Of a stretch of 64,000 nucleotides of DNA, positions 55,458-64,000 are shown piece after piece. Source of the stretch: a virus; the IMG/VR virus record IMGVR_UViG_3300023180_000017. One strand, given 5' to 3'. A program made the position numbers and the translations under genes. Below the pieces are notes generated by a model. That model was not told the origin of the DNA. It saw only the letters and a program-made list of their open reading frames with translations, and ran no database searches. Each line of letters starts with the position of its first letter. Position 1 is the stretch's first letter.

Positions 55458-56441
55458 ATGTCAAAAAAATTAAAACTAACAGACGAAAGGACTTATTTTA
55501 AGCCCTTCAATTACCCATGGGCCTATGATGCTTGGCTAAAACACGAGCAGTCTCATTGGCTACACACCGAAGTTCCTATGGGAGAAGACGTAAAGGATTG
55601 GAAGAATCGTTTAACAAAAGAGGAACAGGCTTTCCTCACAAACATCTTTCGCTTTTTCACACAGGGAGATATTGATGTTGCAGGTGGCTATGTAACAAAT
55701 TATTTACCTTATTTCCCACAACCAGAAATAAGAATGATGCTTGCTGGATTTGCGGCAAGGGAAGCACTACATGTTGCTGCCTATAGCCATTTAATTGAAA
55801 CACTAGGAATGCCGGAGTCTACTTACAATGAATTTCTTGAATATGAGGCTATGCGCGATAAGCACGATTACTTTACTGATCTGTCTAATGCCAATGGCAC
55901 AAGAGAATCTGTTGCAACTAACATTGCCGCTTTCTCTGCCTTCACGGAAGGCATGCAACTCTTTTCATCATTCATTATGTTGTTAAACTTTCCACGTCAT
56001 GGCAAGATGAAAGGAATGGGACAGATTATTACATGGTCTATCGTTGATGAAACACAGCATGCTGAGAACATGATTAAGTTGTTTAAAGAATATGTACAAG
56101 AAAATCTAGATATTTGGAATGACAAACTGAAGTCTCAGATTTACACTATTGCAGAAAAGATGGTAGAGCTTGAAGATAAGTTTATTGATTTAGCATTTGC
56201 TATGGGTCCTATGGAAGGATTGACACCCGAGGAAGTTAAAAAGTATATTCGTTATATTGCAGACAGACGTCTTATTAGTTTAGGTATGAGAGGTATTTTT
56301 AAAGTTAAAAAGAATCCTTTGCCTTGGGTAGAGGAAATGATCAACGCCCCGACCCATACAAACTTCTTTGAGAACAGAGCAACAGACTATGCACGGGGTG
56401 CATTGTCCGGAGATTGGTCGGATGTTTGGGGAGTTTCATGA
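55458..56441 (+). CDS. nrdB: Ribonucleotide reductase class Ia beta
   Basis: EALHVAAY, EGMQLFSSF, DETQH, NFFE. Confidence 0.95.
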   Translation: MSKKLKLTDERTYFKPFNYPWAYDAWLKHEQSHWLHTEVPMGEDVKDWKNRLTKEEQAFLTNIFRFFTQGDIDVAGGYVTNYLPYFPQPEIRMMLAGFAAREALHVAAYSHLIETLGMPESTYNEFLEYEAMRDKHDYFTDLSNANGTRESVATNIAAFSAFTEGMQLFSSFIMLLNFPRHGKMKGMGQIITWSIVDETQHAENMIKLFKEYVQENLDIWNDKLKSQIYTIAEKMVELEDKFIDLAFAMGPMEGLTPEEVKKYIRYIADRRLISLGMRGIFKVKKNPLPWVEEMINAPTHTNFFENRATDYARGALSGDWSDVWGVS

Positions 56442-56863
56442 ATAAAAGACTAAGTGCTGTAGTTTATGAGATGGCACAGTCTGTATCTAAACTGTCAAGA
56501 GCAAAAAGATTACAAGTGGGTTGTGTCATATGGAAAGATGGTAGAGCCATTAGTCTAGGCTACAACGGCACACCTTCAGGCTGGGATAATGCCTGTGAAG
56601 ATGAAAACAATGTAACGAAGCCAGAAGTATTACATGCAGAAACAAATGCTATTGCTAAGTTAGCTAGGAGTACAGAGAGTGGGCAAGGTGCTTTACTATA
56701 TACGACACACGCACCTTGTTTAGAATGTTCTAAGTTGATATATCAAGCAGGCATATCTGAGGTTTATTGGGGTAATGATTATAGGGATAAATCCGGACTA
56801 GAATTTCTACACAAAGCGGGCGTTAAGATTTCGCAAGTAGGAGAAATAGATGCCGAAACCTAA
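56438..56863 (+). CDS. dCMP deaminase
   Basis: GYNG, HAETNA, PCLEC. Confidence 0.9.
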   Translation: MNKRLSAVVYEMAQSVSKLSRAKRLQVGCVIWKDGRAISLGYNGTPSGWDNACEDENNVTKPEVLHAETNAIAKLARSTESGQGALLYTTHAPCLECSKLIYQAGISEVYWGNDYRDKSGLEFLHKAGVKISQVGEIDAET

Positions 56864-57017
56864 TATATTAGAATGTATGTCGTGTGAAGGCTGTTTTAAG
56901 GTTGTACACGATATGGATGAAAATTATTATGAAGCAGAGTTTTGTGTTTTTTGTGGAACAAAACTTGAGCTAGAAGAAGAACTAGAAATAGATTATGGAG
57001 ATGAAGAGGACTATTAG
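56850..57017 (+). CDS. 55-aa zinc-ribbon protein with acidic tail (not in ORF track)
   Basis: CMSC...CVFCG; RBS AGGAG. Confidence 0.7.
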   Translation: MPKPNILECMSCEGCFKVVHDMDENYYEAEFCVFCGTKLELEEELEIDYGDEEDY

Positions 57018-57908
57018 ATGATACTGAGAGGAATAACACAGAGTCTAGTAAACGAAGATTTTAAAAACCTTCAGGCAGTTTACGACTATTGGTTTGCTAA
57101 AGGTAAAATGGAAAAGGAAAATCTTGGACTTGTAGACTTTAGAAAAAATGAACTTTATTTCGAAGAAGCAACACAAGATTTTTATGGCACGCACATGCTT
57201 CCTTATTTTCACGAACTCTTAGCCAAGGGACCAGACATCTCAATGCAAGAGTTTTTAAAATACGAAAGATTTCCTAAAACAGTATGGTTGGCTAGAGAGT
57301 TTTTAATGAACAATGGATTTAAAAATCCAATGGGAGTACATTGGGAGCCTAGATTAGACTATCAAGGACCTGAAGATAATTGGCCTGAGGTTAGAGATAA
57401 AGGACTGTGGAGAATACACCCTGGTGGTTCTAGACAAACTGTTTATTATTATTTTGCTCCAGATGAATATAAAATTCCTACCATCTGTTTTAATACACAT
57501 GGAAAGCCTCCTCCAAGAGAGTGGAAAAAGGTTTTCACTCATAGAAGGGAATTACAAGAGTTTTATAATGGACACGAAAATTATTTTATGGAGCTTGTAC
57601 CCGATAGAGGAACATTCATACCTCATATTTTGACAGACAGTAAAGACGTATGGGAGAATGGCTTGAATGAACATCGTAGAATTTGTAATCAATTTAAAGA
57701 CTGGAATGTAGAAACTAACTTTCCTATGGCAGATGAATTGGGTCTAACATCCAGAACAATGAACTCAGAACATACCTTGGTAATGGAGCTAGATCATCCT
57801 TCAGACAGAAACGCACAAATTAGAGCTTGCATAATGCTATGTTTTCCAATACAATCGCTAACTACCGTAATAGAACAATGGCCTGATATAAAGTTAGTTG
57901 TAAAATGA
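57018..57908 (+). CDS. Hypothetical protein (possible ParB/Srx-like motif)
   Basis: FKNPM...IHPGGSRQ. Confidence 0.5.
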   Translation: MILRGITQSLVNEDFKNLQAVYDYWFAKGKMEKENLGLVDFRKNELYFEEATQDFYGTHMLPYFHELLAKGPDISMQEFLKYERFPKTVWLAREFLMNNGFKNPMGVHWEPRLDYQGPEDNWPEVRDKGLWRIHPGGSRQTVYYYFAPDEYKIPTICFNTHGKPPPREWKKVFTHRRELQEFYNGHENYFMELVPDRGTFIPHILTDSKDVWENGLNEHRRICNQFKDWNVETNFPMADELGLTSRTMNSEHTLVMELDHPSDRNAQIRACIMLCFPIQSLTTVIEQWPDIKLVVK

Positions 57909-58846
57909 TAAGTGTAAAGAGGGCTGTTATTGAGGTAGCGGGTGGGTGTAACTATAAATGCCAAATGTGTCCTCAAACTACAGGTAGAGGAAAAGAGTGG
58001 ACTAAGAAAATGCCACTCACTCTATTTGAAAAAAATCTTAAGCAATTAGAGCCTAATCCAGAGACAGTAATACAATTAGAAGGTAGCGGAGAACCTACTC
58101 TTGCTAAAGATCTACCTAAGTACATTGAGCTCTGTAAAAAATACGGATTCAAGAGTTATATGTTTACCAATGCCTTTAGATTAGAAGGGCAGTACATGAA
58201 AGATGTTGTGGACGCTGGTGTAGATTTTATTCGTGTTAGTGTTATTGGATACAACAGAGAGAAATATATAGAGTGGATGGCAGCTGATAATTTTGATAAG
58301 ATAAAAGAAAACGTTTGGGCGTTACAAGAATATGTAAAAGATACAGAAGTTAGCAGCTATCATCTAATATTAGATAACCACAATATTAAATATGAGATTG
58401 ATCAATATCGCAAAAATTTTATTGACAAATGTGGTACGAAAGCTTATATTTGGAAACAACATAATTGGAGTGGAAACTGGCAACCCGTATATGTTAGAGA
58501 TACTAGTGTAAGAAAGTCGTGCGGCAGGCCATTTGCCGAGGAAATAACTATTAGAGCGAACGGTAAAGTTACACCGTGTTGTCAAACAATGGGCCCACCC
58601 AATGAGGAGAAGAGTGTACTAGGTGACACTAAAGAACAGAGTCTCGTTGATATCTTTCATGGAGAAAAGTATAACGAACTAAGATTAAAACATGCCTTTA
58701 AACAATTTGATGAAATAGAATATTGCAAAAACTGTGATTTTTTATATGATGATCCAGAAGTTCTAGCTTGGACAAATGATCATACATTTCAAGTTAAACA
58801 AATGCTAGGGACTACTATTAATTTGGATATTAATGATGAGAAATAA
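57905..58846 (+). CDS. Radical SAM/SPASM protein
   Basis: CNYKCQMC, GSGEP, CGRPF..GKVTPCC..CKNC. Confidence 0.88.
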   Translation: MISVKRAVIEVAGGCNYKCQMCPQTTGRGKEWTKKMPLTLFEKNLKQLEPNPETVIQLEGSGEPTLAKDLPKYIELCKKYGFKSYMFTNAFRLEGQYMKDVVDAGVDFIRVSVIGYNREKYIEWMAADNFDKIKENVWALQEYVKDTEVSSYHLILDNHNIKYEIDQYRKNFIDKCGTKAYIWKQHNWSGNWQPVYVRDTSVRKSCGRPFAEEITIRANGKVTPCCQTMGPPNEEKSVLGDTKEQSLVDIFHGEKYNELRLKHAFKQFDEIEYCKNCDFLYDDPEVLAWTNDHTFQVKQMLGTTINLDINDEK

Positions 58847-59237
58847 ATTACATTGGACAACAATAATCGGTGAAAAAGTATTAACTGCAATTATAGGAGC
58901 TTTAACTTTTGTTGCAGTGGGAAAATACTTGTATTCCATGTGGCTACTACAGGAGGTAATGCTATCAGATTTGTTTATGTTGTTTATATACGCTGAGGTA
59001 ATAGCAATGATAGGTGCATTTTATAGCACAGAGAGAATTCCTGTTACATTGCCTATTATTATTGCTATCACGGCATTGTGTAGATTAATTATTCTACATA
59101 GTAAAGATATGCAAGGGACACAGCTTTTAGCAGAGGGCGGAACAATACTAATATTGTCTGTTGCTGCCTATGTTATGTCTCTAAAGGAAAAATTAAGTTT
59201 AGAAAAGTTGAGGAAAAATAATGGGAAAGGGAAGTAA
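58833..59237 (+). CDS. PsiE-like phosphate-starvation-inducible membrane protein
   Basis: 4 TM; LFIYAE, IPV..PIIIAITALCRLII. Confidence 0.8.
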   Translation: MMRNKLHWTTIIGEKVLTAIIGALTFVAVGKYLYSMWLLQEVMLSDLFMLFIYAEVIAMIGAFYSTERIPVTLPIIIAITALCRLIILHSKDMQGTQLLAEGGTILILSVAAYVMSLKEKLSLEKLRKNNGKGK

Positions 59238-59436
59238 ACCTAGACCTTTTAGTGTAGATCAGAAGACATTTTCTGATAATTGGGACGCAATATTTAATAA
59301 AAAAGTTAGCTTGGACTTTTATGAGTCTGAGAACCCACTAGAAAGACCCTGTGTTCCAAGTATAAATATTACATCTGATAATGGAGATGTAATAGATGGT
59401 GAGAAAAAGAAAACCGAGGGAGAAGAAGGTACATAG
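59221..59436 (+). CDS. Small hypothetical protein
   Basis: MGKGSKPRP..NWDAIF. Confidence 0.55.
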   Translation: MGKGSKPRPFSVDQKTFSDNWDAIFNKKVSLDFYESENPLERPCVPSINITSDNGDVIDGEKKKTEGEEGT

Positions 59437-59737
59437 AGTTTACTGTACTTATTTTCCAGATGGCAGGTATTATATAGGATATTCCTGTAAGCCTGAAAAA
59501 CAATATGAGAAATACTTTGGCAGTTCAAATATTGTAAAAGAATATGATGGGGAACTAACAAAAGAAACTATCGCTGTCTTTGATAGTAAAGCACACGCTA
59601 AAATGCAAGAGTTTTTATTACAATGGCAACAAAGACACGATGAGTTATGCCTAAATGATATGATTAATATAAGACTTAGAATGACATTTTTAAAAGAATT
59701 TCAACCATTAGAGTGGGCACCTAACTCACATAAATAA
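59396..59737 (+). CDS. Short GIY-YIG-like protein
   Basis: VYCTY...YYIGYS, YFGSS, E..Q, LNDMIN; TATAAATA at 59361. Confidence 0.6.
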   Translation: MVRKRKPREKKVHRVYCTYFPDGRYYIGYSCKPEKQYEKYFGSSNIVKEYDGELTKETIAVFDSKAHAKMQEFLLQWQQRHDELCLNDMINIRLRMTFLKEFQPLEWAPNSHK

Positions 59738-59741
59738 TAAC

Positions 59742-60683
59742 ATGGCTTTTATTTTACTTTTATTAACATCCGCTCTTGCAGTATCATCTGTAGCAGCATA
59801 CTTTTCTATAATTGGATTAACCACGATATTCCCCGCAGCTTATGCGGAGATTATTGCAATGGGTGTTGTATTGGAAATTGCCAAACTTGTTACAGCGTCA
59901 TGGGTTTATAGGTATTGGCATACCGCCACTAAACTATTAAAATCCTATTTTACATTAGCTGTAATTGTTTTATCCTTTATTACTTCTATAGGTATCTTTG
60001 GTTACTTGTCTAGAGCACATATAGATCAAACGGCTGTTAATCAAGACTACACCTTAAATATGGAAGTAATTGAGTTTAGACTAGAAGCAGAGAGAGGCAA
60101 ACTACAACAGGCAAGAGATCGTATTGCAGGGCTTGATGATACTCTGAGAACATCACGTGGTGAAGATAAAAACTATGTGAACAGAACACAGAGAGAAGAA
60201 AGAGAACAATTAAATGCAGAAATGGACGAGGCAGTTGCTAATATAGACGCCTTGAACTTACAGTTGCTGCCAATGAGGCAGGAAGTAGCTGTTATGGATG
60301 CAGAGTTAGGTCCAATAAAATACATCGCAGAACTATTTTATTCTGAGTCTACTAAGAACGCTGTAGATAGTGCAGTTAGAATAATCATTATGTTGTTAAT
60401 ATTTGTATTTGATCCATTAGCCATTCTATTAGTTGTAGCTGCCAATATGAGTTGGGCCCAGCGCAATGGAGAGCAGATTACCTTTTTGGGAGAAGAGGCA
60501 TTGACAAAAGAGCCTGAAGAGTTTAATATAAGCACTACTGAGGAACCTAAAAAAAAGAAAGATGAAGGTGAAGACTCTTGGGTATCCTTAAAATATGGTT
60601 CTTCTTCTAGAATGGACAAAGCCAAAGAAAGAGAACTTAAATGGTTAATAGATAGGAAGAGAAAAAATGCCAAACGTAACTAA
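59742..60683 (+). CDS. Multi-TM membrane protein with coiled coil
   Basis: AAYFSIIGL, LEIAKLV, GIFGYLS, ELGPIKYIAE, FVFDPLA. Confidence 0.7.
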   Translation: MAFILLLLTSALAVSSVAAYFSIIGLTTIFPAAYAEIIAMGVVLEIAKLVTASWVYRYWHTATKLLKSYFTLAVIVLSFITSIGIFGYLSRAHIDQTAVNQDYTLNMEVIEFRLEAERGKLQQARDRIAGLDDTLRTSRGEDKNYVNRTQREEREQLNAEMDEAVANIDALNLQLLPMRQEVAVMDAELGPIKYIAELFYSESTKNAVDSAVRIIIMLLIFVFDPLAILLVVAANMSWAQRNGEQITFLGEEALTKEPEEFNISTTEEPKKKKDEGEDSWVSLKYGSSSRMDKAKERELKWLIDRKRKNAKRN

Positions 60684-60939
60684 TTATCATCCAAAAAGAA
60701 ACGATACAGACTGGCAGGACGAAGCTAAAAAGTTATTGTCCAAGTTTAATTGTAAAGTTGTATTTCACAAAGCTAACGGCGAAATCAGAGAAATGGTTTG
60801 CACGTTAAAGTCTAACGTTATCCCTCAAGTGGAAAACAAAGAACCCGTTACCCACAAAAATCTAGTTGTCTTTGATACAGAGAAGAATGGCTGGAGATCT
60901 ATAGTCTTCGATCGTATCATATCTTTCAAAGTTATTTAA
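60667..60939 (+). CDS. WYL/SH3-like (DUF2693-type) protein
   Basis: VFHKANGEIREMVCTL, VFDTEKNGWRS. Confidence 0.7.
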   Translation: MPNVTNYHPKRNDTDWQDEAKKLLSKFNCKVVFHKANGEIREMVCTLKSNVIPQVENKEPVTHKNLVVFDTEKNGWRSIVFDRIISFKVI

Positions 60940-60958
60940 TTTTTGGTACAATCAAGTC

Positions 60959-60987
60959 TTGACAGGCACTTCTGTTTGTCTTATAAT
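60959..60987 (+). promoter_or_regulatory. sigma70-type promoter (YGGTM class)
   Basis: TTGACA-17-TATAAT; TGGTAC at 60944. Confidence 0.8.
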
Positions 60988-61020
60988 TATATGTATGAAT
61001 AAACAAAAAGGAGTCCTTTC

Positions 61021-62127
61021 ATGGCAAAAAGAAAACGTAGTACCTATGTGCTTACAGAACCAGATTGGAGTAAATACCAATCTATAACAGATGAACAGCA
61101 ACGAGAAAAAGCTTTTCAAGAACTAGGCTATTTTGTACATTATGAAATAGCAGACAAAACTCTCATTAAGTCTTTTAAGGAATGGATGCGTAAAAAGTCT
61201 GGCTGGGACAAGCAAGACATTACAAACATTTTAAAATTGACTGACTCCACATTTTCACACGTAGGTAAGTATGCCTTTATAGAAAGTAAAGTAGGTTACA
61301 TGCCTACTTCTTGTGTTGAGTTTATTGAGAAAAAGAAAGAACCTTGGGCGAGTAAAGGTGCAGAAAAAATTGAAGCATCTGAGGAAAAGCCTAAAGTTGT
61401 TAGAATACGAGAAAACTTACCTAACGCATTAGAGTACATTGAGAAATGTGTTGATGATTTTATTGAGACAGGTAAGGTCCCAGTCAATTGGAATGTTGTA
61501 TCTACATGTGGACTGAACAGAGCTGAGACACAAGAATTGTTTGATATACTAGGCGGCTGGAAAGGCGAGTTGGAAGAACTACAAACTGTTAGACAGATGA
61601 CAAATAGATCAGACTGGGACGAACAGTTAGTAGAAGGCTACTCGCACATTAGCAAGCCCAATACAAAGAAACTGATACAGATGTATACAGACGTTGAAAC
61701 GTCTGTCATGCAGTCTCAGCAGGCTAAGAAAATTACACGCATTAGGAAAAAGCGTCCTACAGATAAGAACAAAGTTGTTAAACGTCTTAGGTTTCTAAAG
61801 GAGTTTAAAGAACTAGATATTGTAAGTATCAATCCTGTGGACATTATAGGCTCCTCAGAAGTATGGTACTATGATGTTAAACGTAAACGCTTAGGTGTAT
61901 ATGCCTCTGACTTTGCAGGTGGTTTAGGAGTTAAGGGTACAGCTATTGAAAACTATGGCACGACATCCTATGAGAAAACAGTTAGGAAACCCGAGGAGGT
62001 TATTCCTAAATTTATGGCATGTAGGATTAATGGACTACATAAGTTTATGGAGTCTGTACGTGGTAAGAAAATGACAGTTAGAACAAGGGTACAGCCTAAC
62101 TCTGTATTGTTAAAGGTAAAGCAATGA
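61021..62127 (+). CDS. Conserved T4-like hypothetical protein
   Basis: QLVEGYSH, SINPVDIIG, GLGVKGT, KTVRKPEE. Confidence 0.7.
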   Translation: MAKRKRSTYVLTEPDWSKYQSITDEQQREKAFQELGYFVHYEIADKTLIKSFKEWMRKKSGWDKQDITNILKLTDSTFSHVGKYAFIESKVGYMPTSCVEFIEKKKEPWASKGAEKIEASEEKPKVVRIRENLPNALEYIEKCVDDFIETGKVPVNWNVVSTCGLNRAETQELFDILGGWKGELEELQTVRQMTNRSDWDEQLVEGYSHISKPNTKKLIQMYTDVETSVMQSQQAKKITRIRKKRPTDKNKVVKRLRFLKEFKELDIVSINPVDIIGSSEVWYYDVKRKRLGVYASDFAGGLGVKGTAIENYGTTSYEKTVRKPEEVIPKFMACRINGLHKFMESVRGKKMTVRTRVQPNSVLLKVKQ

Positions 62128-63023
62128 TAGTTGTAGATTTTAATCAGACTGCCATTGCTAACTTCATGGCAGAAATAGGGGGGCGTAAAGATGTGTCTGT
62201 AGACGTAGACTTGCCTTTGTTGCGACATATGATTATTAATACAATTCGCTCGTATAATGTAAAGTTTAGCGAGGAGTATGGCAATCTTGTACTGGCTATG
62301 GATAATCGTAGATACTGGAGACGTGATTACTTTCCTTATTATAAGGCACATCGTAAAAAGGGTAGGGAGGAAAGTCCTCTAGATTGGAACTCTATATTTG
62401 AGGCACTAAATCAAATTAGAAATGAACTAGATGAGTTCTTCCCCTATCCCTGTATTGATGTAGAAGGTGCAGAAGCAGATGATGTTATTGGCACGCTTGC
62501 TGAGTATAGTCAAACATCTGGAAAAGGCACAGGTGGATTGTTTGATGATCCAGAGCCTGAACCCTTTTTAATTATTAGTGGAGATCACGACTTTAATCAA
62601 CTGCAGAAGTATTCTAATGTTAAACAGTATGCTCCTGCATTTAAGAAATGGGTTAAGATTAAAGAGCCTGCTTCTCAAGTGTTAATGGAACATATCATTA
62701 CAGGAGACAAAGGCGACGGCATTCCTAATATGCTATCTGAAGATGATACTTTTGTAGAAGGTAAACGTCAACGTCCTATTAAAAGGGCCTTGCTTGCAGA
62801 ATGGAAAAAGCAAAAGCCCGAGGAGTTTGTTATAAATTCGGAGATGGCTTCTGGATTTACAAGGAATCAGTTGTTAGTGGATTTATCCAAAACACCGGAT
62901 GAGATTAAGAAAGCTATTATAAATAGTTATGAGGCACAACAGGGCGGAGACAGAAGCCAGTTGTTAAATTATTTTATTAAAAACAAAATGCGTAATATGA
63001 TGGAAGTCATTACAGATTTTTAG
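62124..63023 (+). CDS. rnh: RNase H / 5'-3' flap exonuclease
   Basis: VDFNQ, YKAHR, EADDVIG, SGDHDF, GDKGDGIPN. Confidence 0.92.
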   Translation: MIVVDFNQTAIANFMAEIGGRKDVSVDVDLPLLRHMIINTIRSYNVKFSEEYGNLVLAMDNRRYWRRDYFPYYKAHRKKGREESPLDWNSIFEALNQIRNELDEFFPYPCIDVEGAEADDVIGTLAEYSQTSGKGTGGLFDDPEPEPFLIISGDHDFNQLQKYSNVKQYAPAFKKWVKIKEPASQVLMEHIITGDKGDGIPNMLSEDDTFVEGKRQRPIKRALLAEWKKQKPEEFVINSEMASGFTRNQLLVDLSKTPDEIKKAIINSYEAQQGGDRSQLLNYFIKNKMRNMMEVITDF

Positions 63024-63032
63024 AGGTAAATT

Positions 63033-63524
63033 ATGAGAAAATTTAGACAGTTAGATGAAGCCCTAGATTGGGTAGTAGAGGCTAAAACAGGTGAAGGCAT
63101 TGCCGAAAGACTGAAGGAATGGGCAGCTAGTAATCAGTTAGCTGTTACAGTTGTTAGACTAGGAGTAGGTGCAGAAAAACTTGAATGGAATCTACCAGAA
63201 GGTATGCCATCTACTACCAAGTTGGAAGAAGATATTCCCGGTGGCATGGGTGAAACTACTATCAATCTAGAATGGAGACGTATTAAACAATTCTTTGATC
63301 CTCAAAGTAACATGAACAAACTACCCGATTGGAAGAGGGAAATTAATTGGGTTCAAATACTTGAAGGGTTGCATCACAAGGAAGCCAAACTATTGACAGC
63401 TATCAAGGATGGCAAACTTCTAAGCGAATATCCAGATTTAGAGAAATCTTTTGAAATTTTGGGTATTACAGGGTATAACACTCCTGTAAAAAAGAAAACT
63501 AGAAGCAAGAAGAAGGCAGCTTAA
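63033..63524 (+). CDS. Conserved hypothetical protein
   Basis: LPEG.P, QILEGLHHKEAKLL; TATAAATA at 62918. Confidence 0.65.
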   Translation: MRKFRQLDEALDWVVEAKTGEGIAERLKEWAASNQLAVTVVRLGVGAEKLEWNLPEGMPSTTKLEEDIPGGMGETTINLEWRRIKQFFDPQSNMNKLPDWKREINWVQILEGLHHKEAKLLTAIKDGKLLSEYPDLEKSFEILGITGYNTPVKKKTRSKKKAA

Positions 63525-64000
63525 AATAACTCATCAGTATCAGGACGATAAGGATCATAATACATACCTAACTGCCAACCTTCTGGAACAGGTTCAGACT
63601 TAGGTATTGTAGTCCTAACTCCGCCAGGGCCACAAACCCATTTACGCCTTTCTCTTGTAATCCAGGCTTCATGCATCTTTACACGAGTTGAGACACTATG
63701 CCTCCTGCCAAACATAGGATTATTCTCTCCACGTCTTGTTCCTTTCATTTTTTTAGATATGTTCTTTTTGTGAGTCTCACCCAAACCCTTTTTGGCTGGG
63801 TGTTTATCACCTAACTTGGCTTCACGTATTCTCTGTCTGCCTTCTTCTGTGTGCTTACGAGTACGCTTTCTAGCAGTATCATATACAACAGGCAGTCCTG
63901 TTTTCTCAGCTATATCTCTACAGAGTTCTATTGATGAAACACGTCTTAATAATTCACGTGGTTTAGGTACGTCCTGTACATGTAGGTTGTCTACAATGTA
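63521..64000 (-). CDS. NUMOD3-repeat DNA-binding protein, possible homing-endonuclease relative (5' truncated)
   Basis: Frame open to the window end; HTEEGRQRIREAKLG, HKKNISKKMKG, GENNPMFGRRHS. Confidence 0.65.
   Translation of the reverse strand, partial: YIVDNLHVQDVPKPRELLRRVSSIELCRDIAEKTGLPVVYDTARKRTRKHTEEGRQRIREAKLGDKHPAKKGLGETHKKNISKKMKGTRRGENNPMFGRRHSVSTRVKMHEAWITRERRKWVCGPGGVRTTIPKSEPVPEGWQLGMYYDPYRPDTDELF

Noticed and set aside
21604-56441. Introns or inteins in gp43, gp41, nrdA or nrdB
   Set aside because: All are uninterrupted and of normal length, with no intein motifs seen
4622-62351. Numerous minus-strand and alternate-frame ORFs in the track (e.g. 6733-7074, 14268-14591, 22882-23220, 40293-40685, 60338-60673)
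   Set aside because: They lie wholly within well-supported + strand genes, lack an RBS or motifs, and look like shadow ORFs
1-64000. CRISPR array, rRNA, integrase or transposase, stop-codon reassignment
   Set aside because: No spaced repeats or such genes were seen; core genes are intact under the standard code with all three stops used

Overview
This window is 64 kb of a large, AT-rich, T4-like (myovirus) phage genome, most likely from a marine or aquatic phage of a Gram-negative proteobacterium. The host inference rests on a spanin pair, lipoproteins, sigma70 promoters and IHF-consensus boxes. Almost all genes are on the + strand. The T4 replication/recombination core is present (gp47, gp46, gp45, gp44, gp62, regA, gp43, uvsX, gp41, gp61, thyX, nrdA/B, dCMP deaminase, rnh), along with lysis genes, tRNA-Thr(UGU) and many auxiliary genes (def, ClpP-like, Prx, Hsp20, PsiE, desaturase, 2OG oxygenases, glycosyltransferases). 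The most notable observations are: (1) a 7-deazaguanine DNA-modification cluster (PRTase, FolE, DpdA-like TGT, DpdL-like T-fold, QueD) that includes a coupled GT-B glycosyltransferase, with two divergent QueC-like genes elsewhere; (2) a late block of putative capsid-packaged proteins, including two enzymes of about 10% His (ligase-like and HxGH nucleotidyltransferases) that carry T4 capsid-targeting-like motifs, and modular polyproteins; (3) two distinct sigma70 promoter classes, one with an IHF box plus phased A-tracts and one with a YGGTM box 13-15 nt upstream of the -35 in front of replication genes; (4) structured RNAs, namely a ROSE-like thermometer on hsp20 and a compact pseudoknot near the tRNA. 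All functional calls come from motif recognition by eye. No database searches were run.
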